A stretch of 64,000 bases of DNA, taken from Takakia lepidozioides. Lineage: Eukaryota; Plantae; Bryophyta. Of the stretch, positions 23,301 to 36,735 are shown piece by piece. Position 1 is the stretch's first letter, and every line of letters begins with the position of its first letter. The notes under the pieces were generated by a model. The model made no database searches, was not told the origin of the DNA, and saw only the letters and a program-made list of their open reading frames with translations. Where the stretch lies: positions 58,404,001 to 58,468,000 of the forward strand of contig CM060733.1 in the NCBI GenBank assembly GCA_030704615.1, given 5' to 3'. The position numbers and the translations under genes are program-made.

Positions 23301-26300
23301 AAAGAGAGGTATGGGTCACACCCATTTGTTGGACGTGCACTGCTTCTAATTTTTGATGTGGGCCTGCACTATTTGACAAATCAGACAGCCACCATGCCTC
23401 TTCCAATCTTTTCATGTAACTGTGGGCTGATATTCTAAGTCTTGCTCTTTACTTGTTTGATGCTGGAGTGAGAGAGATTTCTCACAGATGTATTGCAATT
23501 TGGGCAGGTACTTGGCCTTGATGTGTGTGCTGATATAATGGTTGGAGATGCCATGCGCCGAGGTGTCTCGGGAGGGCAAAGAAAACGTGTCACAACAGGT
23601 ATCACCATGCCATCAAAGGAAATAGTAATATGTAGCTGGCCACTAGAAACATAGCTAAATGGGCTGGTTTTCAGATTTGTGGGGATTGCACTCCATCATC
23701 TGAAGACCAAGAGAGGAGGAGATGCAGGGGAAAGAGATAACTTTACTATTTCCAGAGGAGGCCAGGACAAAAAAGGAACCTCAGAATGTATGAGAAATGA
23801 AATGAAACTTTGTAAAGCTCAAATTTCTCATGGAACATAGGAAAGAATCGAAAGGACACTTCATAATGTCCTCAGAAAGTTTAAAGAGCTTATGGGACAA
23901 GAGAAGAATGTACTCCTATGACGTTGTTTGCCATAGCCTTGTGGCGACGAAACAAGTGAGTGAGAAAGGAAAAAGAAGCCATGGGAGGGCCATGAGAAAG
24001 TAGGGCCACAGAAACCAAAAGTTAAAAACCCCAACTGTTGCACAAAGACAGAGTGCGTCATGCAGGTAAGCGGCTAGTCACTTCGGGCATTTCAGGTATC
24101 ATACCTAAGGGCCTCTTTCAGGGACGATTATCTCTGAGAAAACACCAGTGTCTGCATACACAGGGCACAAGAAGAAGAGTCCTTGGAGTAGTAGATTTTG
24201 CTTCTCCATACCCTGTGGCGATGCACCTTGCATTTGGTTTGGATAGAAGAGCAATGGGGGACATGGCATGAGGAGAGCAGCACACACATCAATAAGGGTG
24301 TGCTCACTGCAGCATAAGAATGACCCTGGAACCAGTTGTGTGGTGTCGGGATTTATGAGGAACTCCTGTACAGCTAATGGCAATGTGGTTAAAGGAGTTT
24401 GTGGTCATGCATGGTGTCATTACATTGTACTAGTAAGCATGGTGTTCATTAGGCCTGCTGTATGCCCCATGGTTGCATGGGATGTGATTTTCTCCTCACA
24501 ATTACAAGTTAGGTGCTTGTAATATTTCTCGCAGGTGAAATGATAGTGGGTCCGACAAAGACACTCTTCATGGATGAAATTTCGACAGGTCTGGACAGCT
24601 CAACAACATTCCAGATAGTGCAATGCCTCCGCCACTTTTCCCATGTCATGGAGTCTACCATCCTCATGTCATTGCTACAACCAGCCCCAGAGATCTTTGA
24701 GCTCTTTGATGATGTCATTTTGCTTTCAGAAGGCCAGGTTGTATACCATGGCCCGTGTGAGAATGTGTTGGAATTTTTCGAGAGCTGTGGCTTCAAATGC
24801 CCTGACCGAAAGGGTGTTGCTGATTTTTTGCAAGAGGTGAGATTTCTTCACCTGAACAGGCTATTACTCTTACCACTCCCTTTGCTCCGTCCAAGGTGAG
24901 CACATGTCTCTAGCAACAGGGTATGATGTTCTAAGTACAGTGAGTACACTCTTATCTCTCATGTGCACAACCTGTCCCTGTCCCCTCTCGGCCCTTTCTC
25001 TTTGCATGCAGTTGTACTGGTGTATTTTGGCTGCACTGTAGTACTTTAGAGTAAACTTATAATTAGCGGGTACATGGTTCTTACTTTGTGGATTGCAGGT
25101 TACATCACAAAAAGATCAAGAACAATATTGGTTCAACATACATCAGCCCTACCAGTATGTATCTGTGAAGCAGTTTACAAATGCTTACAAGAACTTTCGA
25201 GTAGGTGCACAATTGCATCAAGAGCTGATGACTCCCTTTGACAAATCAAATAGCCACAAGGGAGCATTATCACATGAGAAATTCTCAGTCAGCAAGTGGG
25301 AGCTTTTCAAGGCAAATTTTGCCAAGGAGTTGATCTTGGTGCAACGCAACTCGTTTGTTTATATCTTCAAAACAATGCAGGTTAGTCAAGTCACAATGTA
25401 AATTGGGTGGAAGTAATAATAAGAATAGTGACTTCAGGATCCTATATTTGCCTCATTATCCTGTTATACACAGCCTGAGGAGTGTACGCACTGTGTCATG
25501 GCATGACATTGATTTATCGTTGTAGAATGACTTAGCAAGTCTATATGAGGAGGGGAAGGAGCATACACAGAGGGAAGAAGAATTAGAACCACAGAAAGCC
25601 CAGATAGCTTATGGCGCAAGAATGGATCGCAAACACAAAGAAGCATAATTACAGAAGTTGTTAACCGAAGGTAAGAAAGAGCGGAAGTAAGTAGAGAATA
25701 AGCTACAGACTTCTGAATGTGTCCCATTGTCTCCATGTAACCCTCTACAAAACTGTGTTGACTGTTGCAGATTATTGTCATAGGGTTTGTAACAATGACC
25801 GTGTACCTTCGCACAAATATGCCCAAAGAGACTGTGGAGGATGGGCAGGTCTTCACTAGTTCACTTTTCTATGGTGTCATTGTGGTCATGTTCAATGGGT
25901 TTGCAGAAACCTCTATGACCATTTCTCGCTTGCCAGTATTCTTCAAGCAGCGTGACCTTCTCTTCTTTCCAGCATGGGTGTATACACTCCCGACAGTTGT
26001 TCTTAGGCTACCAATGTCCTTACTTGACGCAGGCCTTTGGATCATAATGACATACTATGTCATAGGGTACGCTCCAGAAGCTACCAGGCAAGTTCTCAAA
26101 TCAACCCACCAGTCAAGACAAGGCATTGTAGTGAATGAGGGATATGACACTGCTTTATCCAGGGATGTTGTAAACAAACCCACCATAAGAAATTTCTATG
26201 AAGTCAGATTAAGGGTTCCTGTATTTTGAAACTGTTCCATTGCATGGCAGACCAACACTGACCAGCCTAGCTGAAAATCAGGTCCCCCTCATGGGTACAT

Positions 26301-28917
26301 TGTGTTCTTCACTGGACTGACTAGGAAACCGTTGTCTGAATTGAAACTTTCTCAAGTATGTAATGGTGATCAGAACTATAGTCTCCACTAACCCTCTAGC
26401 TATTTGTGGGGTTGTCACCTACGAGGGTATGGAAACTAAGCTGAAAATTGTGATAGTGCCTGGTCCAAGTAAATTACAATGGATTCACCTCATGGTATTA
26501 CCATAACACTAGAAAACATGATGTGAAGTCAGCCACTAGTCCATCCTCCTGATGCAGATGTTAAGTGTGGCTGCATTTCCACATGTTTGGTCGAGTGTTA
26601 AGAGCTGCAGAATGCGTCAGTCAGCGACCAGCAGCTCACCCTAGCAACATGTATTGTTGACCACAGATTTTTTCGACAATTCCTTCTCCTTTTCGTCACA
26701 CATCAGATGTCTTCAGGTCTTTTCCGTTTCATGGCAGGAGTCTGTTGTACAACTATTGTAGCTAATACAGGTATGGTTGGACCAAACCAGCCCAACTTGG
26801 ATAGCTGCTCCTTTTCTTTTTGTCTCTTCAAAAATGCTTGGCAGCCTACCTGCACGAGGCCTTCACCCTTAGACAATCGCTAGAACATTAGTTCTTATTA
26901 TTGGGTTCTGGTTTTGTTCCTCTCTCATGTTTTCTTCCATTTTGTCCCATAAGCTCTATGAGCTTTCCGCGGACGTTATAAAGCACCATTTCATTTCATT
27001 TCATTTGTCTTCTCTTCCGTTTCATTTCTATTTCTCTTTCTCTGAGTGTTCAAGCCCCATAAGCTCTGTAGGCTTCCTGTGGATGTTGTGAAGTTCTTTT
27101 CTGCCTTTGGTTTGTGTTGTTCTCCCTTGGCCAAAGGCCCCACCTCTCTGGCCACCCATGGACAATACTTTTTTCTCTGCTTTTTTTCTCTCTTTTTTTG
27201 GGTTTTCTCCAGGGCCCTACCTTGTACCAGGATATAGCTTCTTTTTCTTTCATTTCATTGCACTTCCTCGCTGAGCAATTTACAAGCTGCAGGGCATCTT
27301 CCATTGCCTTATATGCTTTACCCAAATTAGCTATCAGGGCCGTCAGAAACATAGCAGCTGTGGATAATTGCATGTAGGTTATTTCACAAAATCCTCCTAC
27401 TGATGCTTATATGTTGGTCTGCCTTTTGATCACAGGAGGGTCCATTGCATTGCTCATCATCTTTATGTTGGGAGGTTTCATTGTTCCTCGGCCGGATATC
27501 AAGCCTCGGTGGATTTGGGGCTACTGGTTGTCACCCCTCACCTACTCATCACTTTGAATGAATTGCTCGCACCCCGCTTGGATAAGGTAATATTCACCAT
27601 AGCCTACTTCAAATGTGGTGCCGTGCTTTTTCAAAGCAATCAACCAGTGGTTGTAGGCCGTCATCTGTACTGTGTCCATATACCTCTAGGCTGGTCAAGG
27701 TTAGCACACTGGAGTCTCGTCTTTTCTTAATCTAGACTTCGATGGTTATCCATGATGGTTGATTGTTTAGCTCAAATAAGGACCAAATACACATGGAAAT
27801 GCATGTGACATCAAGTTCTTTACTACGAAAATGCCATGTGATCCTTCTGGTTTAATCCATAGTTTTGTTATTATACATACAGTGAAATGATGGACTATGT
27901 TGACCTGGCATGACAGAAATTGCCAAACACCACCCACAGTCTTGGACAGCAGGTACTGGTAAATGCGGGCACCTTCACGAGCCCTATTGGTATTGGATAA
28001 GCATTGCCGCACTGATTGGATATGCGATCTTTTTCAATATTCTCTGGACATTGGCGCTCGCCTATCTTAGACGTAAGTCCAACAATCCGCCTATTCATTG
28101 CTAAGCCAACTTGTACTTACAACTGATTGAAAAGGGTTCCAACTATAGGAGAGGCAGGGAGCAGTAAGATAATGTCCCAGGGTGGGATACTGTCCTGGGT
28201 TGTGTCTTTTTCTTAGTGCCTTTCTACTTTCATACTGGAGTTTGAATTATGTTCATTGAAAAACAGCAATTGGAAAACCTCAAGCTGTGGTAACTGAGGA
28301 GTCCCTTGCTCGGAAGCAAGCAAGTTTGTTGGGTGATGGCGTACCTCTTACCCCAGCACGGACAAGCCACACAAGGAAGGTCCCACGGTCACTATCTTCT
28401 CAAGATGGCAGCAGCAGTCCAAGTATGTATATTCACTTATGGAATCTAAGTCTGTGTGTGCTCCTTTTGTCTTTTCTTGTTCCATAAGCTCTCTAGGCTA
28501 CCATGGACGTTATAATGTTCCCTGGCCCTCTGTGGACATTGTAAAGACCCTCAATTTACGGGCTTGTTGTGGGCCCCACTCTTTTCCTGCTTTTCTCTTG
28601 TTCCATAATCTCTTTGAGCTTTCAGCAGACCTTATGAAGTGTCATCTATTTCTTTTGTCCCATAAGCTCTTTGAACTTCCTCCTCTCACTGAAGAACACT
28701 TCTTCTATTGCCCTCTATACTAAGAGATCCGTGCGAGATTCCACTGTCTATTCCGTGGAACCCAATCTCTCACTGAAGTCTTTCACTATGAAGATCAGAA
28801 ATGCCTGGCAGCTTACCTGCACGAGGCACTCACCCTTAGACAATCACTCGAACAATAGTTTTTATCTCTGGCTCTGGGTTTTTGTTTCCTCTCTCATGTT
28901 TTCTTCCATTTTGTCCC

Positions 28918-29940
28918 ATACATCTGCGGCATCCCCCGACCAAAAAGTGGCTGTTTGACACCGTCGTCAGCCCTGCTACCATCTATGGTTGTGAGTTCTG
29001 GGCACCTGGTGTCCCTGTCTCCTGGTGGGAAAAGAATTTGGAACCATTACAGTCATCTTTTCTCCAAGCAATGCTTGGCGCCAGGAGCACAACTCCATCT
29101 CAGATCCTAGGTGCAGAGTTCGCATGTGTACCATTGCAATCCGAGGCCCTCTTCAGGCTTACAATCTTTCTCCATAGATTGCAGGCCCTTCCACCCAAAG
29201 GGCTAGTGGCAAGGGCCCCACAACATCTATGAGGCTCAAAGCTGCAGGTTTCAGGAACTCCTGGTATGCTCGAGTGGACAGTTTATTTCAACGTAACGGA
29301 CTTTCTACTGCTTTCCTATTACCAATGAACCCAGATGAGGTGGACATCACATCCAGACATGACCGCAACAGACTCATTCGGAGAGAGCTTATGGAATTAC
29401 ATGTCAAGAGAACTTGGATGCTACCCAATCTCACGACAAAGCTCCACTTCTATCGAGAGACATTCTTGGTGCTCCGCGATGATAGAATCTTGAGACCAAA
29501 TTACCTTTCAGCACCCTTATCTCCTTCCCTCTTGAGGGCATTGGGGCGGTTCAGGGTGGGTTCCCACAACCTACGGATAGAGACTGGCAGATGGGAAAAC
29601 CTGCAACGGGAGGACCGCCTATGTCCAGCTTGCATAGGGCGCAGCAAGGAAATTGAAACTGAAGAACACTTCTTCTTCTACTGCCCTCTATACTACGAGA
29701 TCCGTGGGAGATTTCACTGTTTATTCAGTGGAACCCAAACTCTCACTGATGTCTTTCACTATGAGGATCAAAAATGCGTGGCAGCCTACCTACACGAGGC
29801 CTTCACCCTTAGACAATCGCTAGAACATTAATTGTGGTTTCTGGATTTGTTCCTCTCTCATGTTTTCTTCCATTTTGTCCCATAAGCTCTACGAGCTTTC
29901 CGCGGACGTTATAAAGCACCATTTCATTTCATTCATTTCC
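28918..29940 (+). mobile_element. 5'-truncated RTE-X-like LINE (ORF2 C-terminus, 3' UTR, (CATTT)n tail)
   Basis: RFRVGSHNLRIETGRW...RLCPAC...[14 protein letters not shown]-terminal zinc finger. Near-identical to 33443-34070 and 35713-36735. Fused to an older 3'-UTR copy at ~28918. Confidence 0.9.
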
Positions 29941-32449
29941 CATAAGCTCTATGAAACTTCCCGCTGACGTTATAAAGCACCATTTCATTTCATTTCATTT
30001 CTCGCCCAATCTCTTACTGAAGTCTTCCATTATGAGGATCAGGAATGCTTGGCAGCTTATCTGCGTGAGGCCTTGGCCCTTAGGCAATCCCTTGAGCAGT
30101 AGTTGCTTCTGGGCTGCTTCTGGCTGTGGTTTTCTCTTCTTTCATGTTTTTGCCCTTTTGTCCCATATGCTCTTTGAGCTTTCCGGGGACATTATAAAGT
30201 ACCATTTCGTTTCATTTCTCACAGAAGTCTTCCATTACGAGGATCAGAAATGCTTGGCAGCTTATCTGCACGAAGCTCTGACCCTTAGGCAATCCCTTGA
30301 GTTGTTGCTTTTGGGCTGCTTCTGGCTTCACTCTGTCTTTTGTTTTCTTTCTTGTTTCTTGTCTTCCTTTTGTTCCATTAGCTCTTTGAGCTTTCTGCGG
30401 ACGTTATAAAGTTCCATTTCATTTCATTTCTCTATGCTACAAGGGTAGCCCTGGTAGCTGACTGCTGGGGCTGAGATGTTTGGTTTGGATTATTGTTGAT
30501 TCATAGGCTCTCTGAGCTTCTGGGGAGTCATGAATTTCCGTGCTGCCACTTACGGCTGTGAGCTTTCCTGGGGTACCCATTTCCAACCAAACACGATCGC
30601 AAGAGACTCATCAGGCGAGAGCTGATTGAACATTTTCGGCAGACCTGGAAACCAGCGAATCCCACAACAAAGCTGCCGTTCTATTAGGAGACATTCTTGG
30701 TCCTCCACAATGATAGAATCTTACAGCCTAATAACTTGTCTGCAACTCTATCTCTTCTCTTCTAAGGGCATTGGGAAGGTTTAGGGTGGACTCCCAGTCT
30801 GTGGATAGTGGCAGGTAGGTTGGACATCTGCTAGAGATGACAGGAGGGAGATTGAAACAGAGGAATATTTCTCTTTCACTGCCTTCTCTACTATGAGATC
30901 CAGGGGAGATACTATTGCCTATCTGAGATAGCCGATCCCTTACAGAGGTGTTCTTTTATGAGGATCAGAAATGCCTCTGGATGAAGGGTTACATGTTAGA
31001 TGACCCCTTGATGAATAGTTGTTTTTGGGCTGCTTGTTGAGGGCCCTACTCTCTTGTATCCTTCTTTCTCTTGTCCCATGAGATTAGGTGATGCCCAATT
31101 TCTTATGGAGGTCTTTTCCATTATGAGGATCAGAAATGCTTCGCAGCTGACGTTGAATGCTGTGTCAACCATTTTCCCATGCCACACTGTGGGCATTCAT
31201 TAATGTGAGAGAGAAGAGAATGACCTAAGGTCGAAGGGTCATCTGGATTTCAAACTGAGACCGTGTTTGGTTTGCTTGCAGTTACGATGGTACATGACCA
31301 GCCAGATGTAGAGGATGGGGCACCAGACCCTGTCCACTTGAGCATTTCAGCTCAGATAGCCTGCATGAGCATGCCAAATGAACACAGAGATCACAAGGAT
31401 ATTCTGGATCCAGGATTTGAGACTGTCACTACTCCAGAGAAGTCACAAAGCGAGGGATGATCTTGCCTTTCGAACCATTGTCCATCTCATTTGATGATAT
31501 CAAGTATTTCGTTGACATGCCCGCGGTACTACATCTCCCACCTCCAATCTCTTTCTTTATCTCTCTGCCTTCATGCAACGTTAGGGGAATCAACCTTTGT
31601 ATCTGGTGCTGTCCTACTATGTTCTTGGGCCCTTTGGTCTCCCAAGATGGAATAAATTTAAAGTTTCTTTTGTGTTTCCTTCTTTCGTATTTCTCATTCT
31701 TTTGCCCACTTCCCTTTCGTTCCGCCCAAACTGGGTGCATGGTTATGACCACAAGGCTACAGCAAACAACACGTTATGAGTACATGTTTCTCCCACAAGC
31801 TCTTTGGCTTTCCAGGGACATTATTAAATGTGTCTTTTTGTATTGCCTATTCAGAGATAACCGATCCCTTACAGAGGTGTTAGAATACGAGGATGTGCTT
31901 GGTATCATATCTGCATGAGGTGTTAGATTTTAGAGATTCTCTTGATCAATAGTTATTTTTGGGCTGCTTGTTGAGAGCACCACTCTCTTTCTAATTTCCG
32001 GCTATCTGTTGTGCCATAAGTTCTGTGAGCTTTCCACGAATGTTATAGAGTGTCATTTCATTTCACTTCTCTTCTCCTCAGTGGGCGTTTCTTTTTTCCT
32101 TTCTTTCAATCCACATCAAGCAGTCCTGGAAATCAGTGATGCCTCTCATAGCCAAGTTGCAGTTCTAATGAGACACCTTCCTTGTCCTAAGCATGGACGG
32201 AATCTTATAGACCTCTGACTTGTTTAACCTCTCTCCATATCTTCTTCTATGGGTCAAATGAGGGTGTGCTCACCCGAGGATAGAGATTGGCAGATGGATA
32301 AGCAGCAGTGTGCCAAATGCTGTGTCCTGCTTCTGCTCGACAAGCCAGGCGGGAGATTGAGACTGAAGAACATTTCCTTCTTTTACTGTTCTCTCTCTCT
32401 TTACTACAGCCAATGTCAGTAAGGCAATCAAGAAGCTGCAAAATGGCAG

Positions 32450-34070
32450 AGCGGTGGACATTTCAGGACTTCAGAGTGAATTCATCAAGCATGCTGCACC
32501 TACTTTAGCCCCTTTTATAGCTAACCTCTTCAATGAGGTGGTGCAACGGGGCTTTCCAACAGAGTGGACAAAGAGCATCATCCACCCACTTTTTAAGAGC
32601 GGTGACAGGCTCGCACCGACAAACTATCGTACTATCATGGTGTCCTCATTACTTGCTAAACTGTTTGGGGCAGTAGGGGCCATGGAACTGGATGATTGGG
32701 CTGAGTACTCTCGCATTCGTGCTGAGGGACAGGCTGGTTTCCGTCGAAACCGATCCACTATTGACCACATCTTCACTCTTCAAGTTATGGTGGGAAGTGC
32801 ATGCTATGACAAAAGAATGGTCTACGTTTGCTTCGTGGACTTTCACAAAGCCTTTGATTCAGTTCCTCGGGACCTTCTCTTCCAACGGCTCCATAGAGTG
32901 GAAGTCCCTCCAGACATCCTTTGTGCCATCTCTTCTATGTATGAGATTGTCACTGGCATGGTCAACGTCGCTGGTGAATTCTCAGCCGAGATCCACAGCA
33001 ACATTGGAGTCAAACAGGGCTGCCCCCTTTCACCTACCCTGTTCGGGATCTACATTGACGCCTTGGAGAATTACATATCAAAAAACCATGGGGTTGGGGT
33101 CCCATTGGATGGGGAACCAACCCAATCAGATCTCCTCTATGCTGATGATGTTGCCCTTTTGGCACAATCCCCGGTCTTTCTGCAACGCCATCTCAAAATT
33201 TTGGAACAGTTCTGCAAAGACTATGGGATGCAGGTCAATCTTAGCAAGACCAAGATCATGGTCTTCAATGGCCAGGCTGATCGTAGATTCATCTTCAACC
33301 AGCAGGAAATTGAGATTGTGAAATCATACCGGTACCTAGGTCTGGTTATCCACTCCCCCAAGTTTCACTTTGCAGCCACTGCCTTGGACAGGTTGACTAA
33401 AGGTAAGGCGGCCTCCGTCCGCCTTCAGGCCAAATGCAAGCAAATACATCTGCGGCATCCCCCGACCAAAAAGTGGCTGTTTGACACCGTCGTCAGCCCT
33501 GCTACCATCTATGGTTGTGAGTTCTGGGCACCTGGTGTCCCTGTCTCCTGGTGGGAAAAGAATTTGGAACCATTACAGTCATCTTTTCTCCAAGCAATGC
33601 TTGGCGCCAATAGAATCTTGAGACCAAATTACCTTTCAGCACCCTTATCTCCTTCCCTCTTGAGGGCATTGGGGCGGTTCAGGGTGGGTTCCCACAACCT
33701 ACGGATAGAGACTGGCAGATGGGAAAACCTGCAACGGGAGGACCGCCTATGTCCAGCTTGCATAGGGCTCAGCAAGGAAATTGAAACTGAAGAACACTTC
33801 TTCTTCTACTGCCCTCTATACTACGAGATCCGTGGGAGATTTCACTGTTTATTCAGTGGAACCCAAACTCTCACTGATGTCTTTCACTATGAGGATCAAA
33901 AATGTGTGGCAGCCTACCTACACGAGGCCTTCACCCTTAGACAATCGCTAGAACATTAATTGTGGTTTCTGGATTTGTTCCTCTCTCATGTTTTCTTCCA
34001 TTTTGTCCCATAAGCTCTACGAGCTTTCCGCGGACGTTATAAAGCACCATTTCATTTCATTTCATTTCTC
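32450..34070 (+). mobile_element. RTE-X-like non-LTR retrotransposon: RT domain to 3' tail, with internal deletion
   Basis: ORF 32454-33959: NYRTIMV, QAGFR, FVDFHKAFDSV, GVKQGCPLSPTLF, LLYADD, YRYLG, then the CCHC C-terminus. Tail (CATTT)n at ~34048-34070. Confidence 0.93.
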
Positions 34071-35548
34071 TTATGAATCACAAGGCCATACTTTGTCTCG
34101 TTAGAGAGACAGCCCTTGACAGAGGTGTTTCAATACAAGGATCAGAGATGCCGTGTGGCATATCTATAGGATGCTCTCCACCTTAGAGAATCTCTCCAAG
34201 GTGTCAATTCATTTCTTTGGGTTTACTATTGTCTAGTTAGAGACAGCCCTTGACAGAGGTTTTTCAGTACAAGGATCAGATATGCCGTGTGGCATATCTA
34301 TACAAAGCTGTCCACCTTAGAGAATCTCTCCAAGGTGAATTGTAGTGTCATTCATTTCTTGTTTTCTGCTTTTCTGGCCCATAAGCTCTTTGAGCTTCCC
34401 GTCCATCTTATGAAGTTACTTTCATTCCTTCTTGCTTCTTTTGCTGTCCTTGTGCAATGTTTGGGGTTTCATTTGTTCTTTGGTTTCTGTCGTTGGACTT
34501 CGTCCCGTGGGCCCTCTGGCCCTCCAGTGGACATAGTGTATCCGTTCTTTGCTTGGTCATTGAACTTGGAGGATCATGGAGATGCCGAGGTCTGAACTCT
34601 TCTCTCTTTCATCTACACAGGAAATGAAGCAGCAGGGCGTAGCAGAGGACAGACGCCAGCTTCTACGTGGTGTCACTGGTAGTTTCAGGCCTGGTGTCCT
34701 CACGGCATTGGTTGGTGTAAGCGGGGCTGGAAAGACGACCCTCGTGGATGTTCTTGCAGGAAGGAAAACAGGCGGCTACATTGAGGGTGACATCCGCATT
34801 GCTGGCTACCCCAAGAATCAGGAGACATTTGCTCGAATTGCAGGATACTGTGAGCAGAATGACATTCATTCCCCTCAGGTTACAGTTCTGGAATCAGTTA
34901 TCTACTCAGCCTGGCTCCGTCTCTCTGCCGACATACCTGATGCTGATAAAATGGTACTATTTGTGCTGCCATGGTCATGACATGTCTGCAGTTGAGCAAC
35001 TTATAAATTCTGATTTATTTTATGTCTGCCTTGGGGCCCCAGTGTGTTTGACCCCCTTTCTGCTATGACTTACCTGCACATATGATTCCTTTCATCGTGG
35101 AGTGATCCAAAGAGCAAAGGGAGAAAAGAACATATTGCATTCTATCTAATACATCTGATGCAGATATTTGTGAATGAGGTGATGGAGCTGGTCGAGCTAA
35201 TGCCACTGCAAGACGCCCTGGTGGGTCTGCCAGGGGTCACTGGACTGTCCACAGAGCAGCGCAAGCGTCTCACGATTGCGGTCGAGCTTGTAGCCAACCC
35301 ATCCATCATCTTCATGGATGAGCCCACCAGTGGGCTTGATGCACGGGCTGCTGCTATTGTGATGCGTACTGTCCGTAATACCGTTGACACTGGCCGGACT
35401 GTTGTCTGCACCATCCATCAACCCAGTATTGACATCTTTGAAGCTTTTGATGAGGTATTCCCTCTCCCCGCCCCTTTTGTGTCTTTTATAAAGCACCTTT
35501 TCATTTCATTTCTCTTTTTGGCTCTGGTTTTGTTTCCTCTCTCTTTGT

Positions 35549-36735
35549 ATCGTAGATTCATCTTCAACCAGCAGGAAATTGAGATTGTGAAATCATACCG
35601 GTACCTAGGTCTGGTTATCCACTCCCCCAAGTTTCACTTTGCAGCCACTGCCTTGGACAGGTTGACTAAAGGTAAGGCGGCCTCCGTCCGCCTTCAGGCC
35701 AAATGCAAGCAAATACATCTGCGGCATCCCCCGACCAAAAAGTGGCTGTTTGACACCGTCGTCAGCCCTGCTACCATCTATGGTTGTGAGTTCTGGGCAC
35801 CTGGTGTCCCTGTCTCCTGGTTGGAAAAGAATTTGGAACCATTACTGTCATCTTTTCTCCAAGCAATGCTTGGCGCCAGGAGCACAACTCCATCTCAGAT
35901 CCTAGGTGCAGAGTTCGCATGTGTACCATTGCAATCCGAGGCCCTCTTCAGGCTTACAATCTTTCTCCATAGATTGCAGGCCCTTCCACCCAAAGGGCTA
36001 GTGGCAAGGGCCCCACAACATCTATGAGGCTCAAAGCTGCAGGTTTCAGGAACTCCTGGTATGCTCGAGTGGACAGTTTATTTCAACATAACGGACTTTC
36101 TACTGCTTTCCTATTACCAATGAACCCAGATGAGGTGGACATCATATCCAGACATGACCGCAACAGACTCATTCGGAGAGAGCTTATGGAATTACATGTC
36201 AAGAGAACTTGGATGCTACCCAATCTCACGACAAAGCTCCACTTCTATCGAGAGACATTCTTGGTGCTCCGCGATGATAGAATCTTGAGACCAAATTACC
36301 TTTCAGCACCCTTATCTCCTTCCCTCTTGAGGGCATTGGGGCGGTTCAGGGTGGGTTCCCACAACCTACGGATAGAGACTGGCAGATGGGAAAACCTGCA
36401 ACGGGAGGACCGCCTATGTCCAGCTTGCATAGGGCGCAGCAAGGAAATTGAAACTGAAGAACACTTCTTCTTCTACTGCCCTCTATACTACGAGATCCGT
36501 GGGAGATTTCACTGTTTATTCAGTGGAACCCAAACTCTCACTGATGTCTTTCACTAAGAGGATCAAAAATGCGTGGCAGCCTACCTACACGAGGCCTTCA
36601 CCCTTAGACAATCGCTAGAACATTAATTGTGGTTTCTGGATTTGTTCCTCTCTCATGTTTTCTTCCATTTTGTCCCATAAGCTCTACGAGCTTTCCGCGG
36701 ACGTTATAAAGCACCATTTCATTTCATTTCGTTTC
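35549..36735 (+). mobile_element. 5'-truncated RTE-X-like LINE
   Basis: Starts at ATCGTAGATTC (matches 33280). Near-identical to the other copies. Premature TAA at 36555. Followed by more short 3'-end copies up to ~37300. Confidence 0.9.

Noticed and set aside
35158-36027. ABC-transporter/LINE fusion protein (289-aa ORF)
   Set aside because: It reads through the GT donor at 35455 into an intronic LINE copy; the ABCG frame resumes at ~38179.
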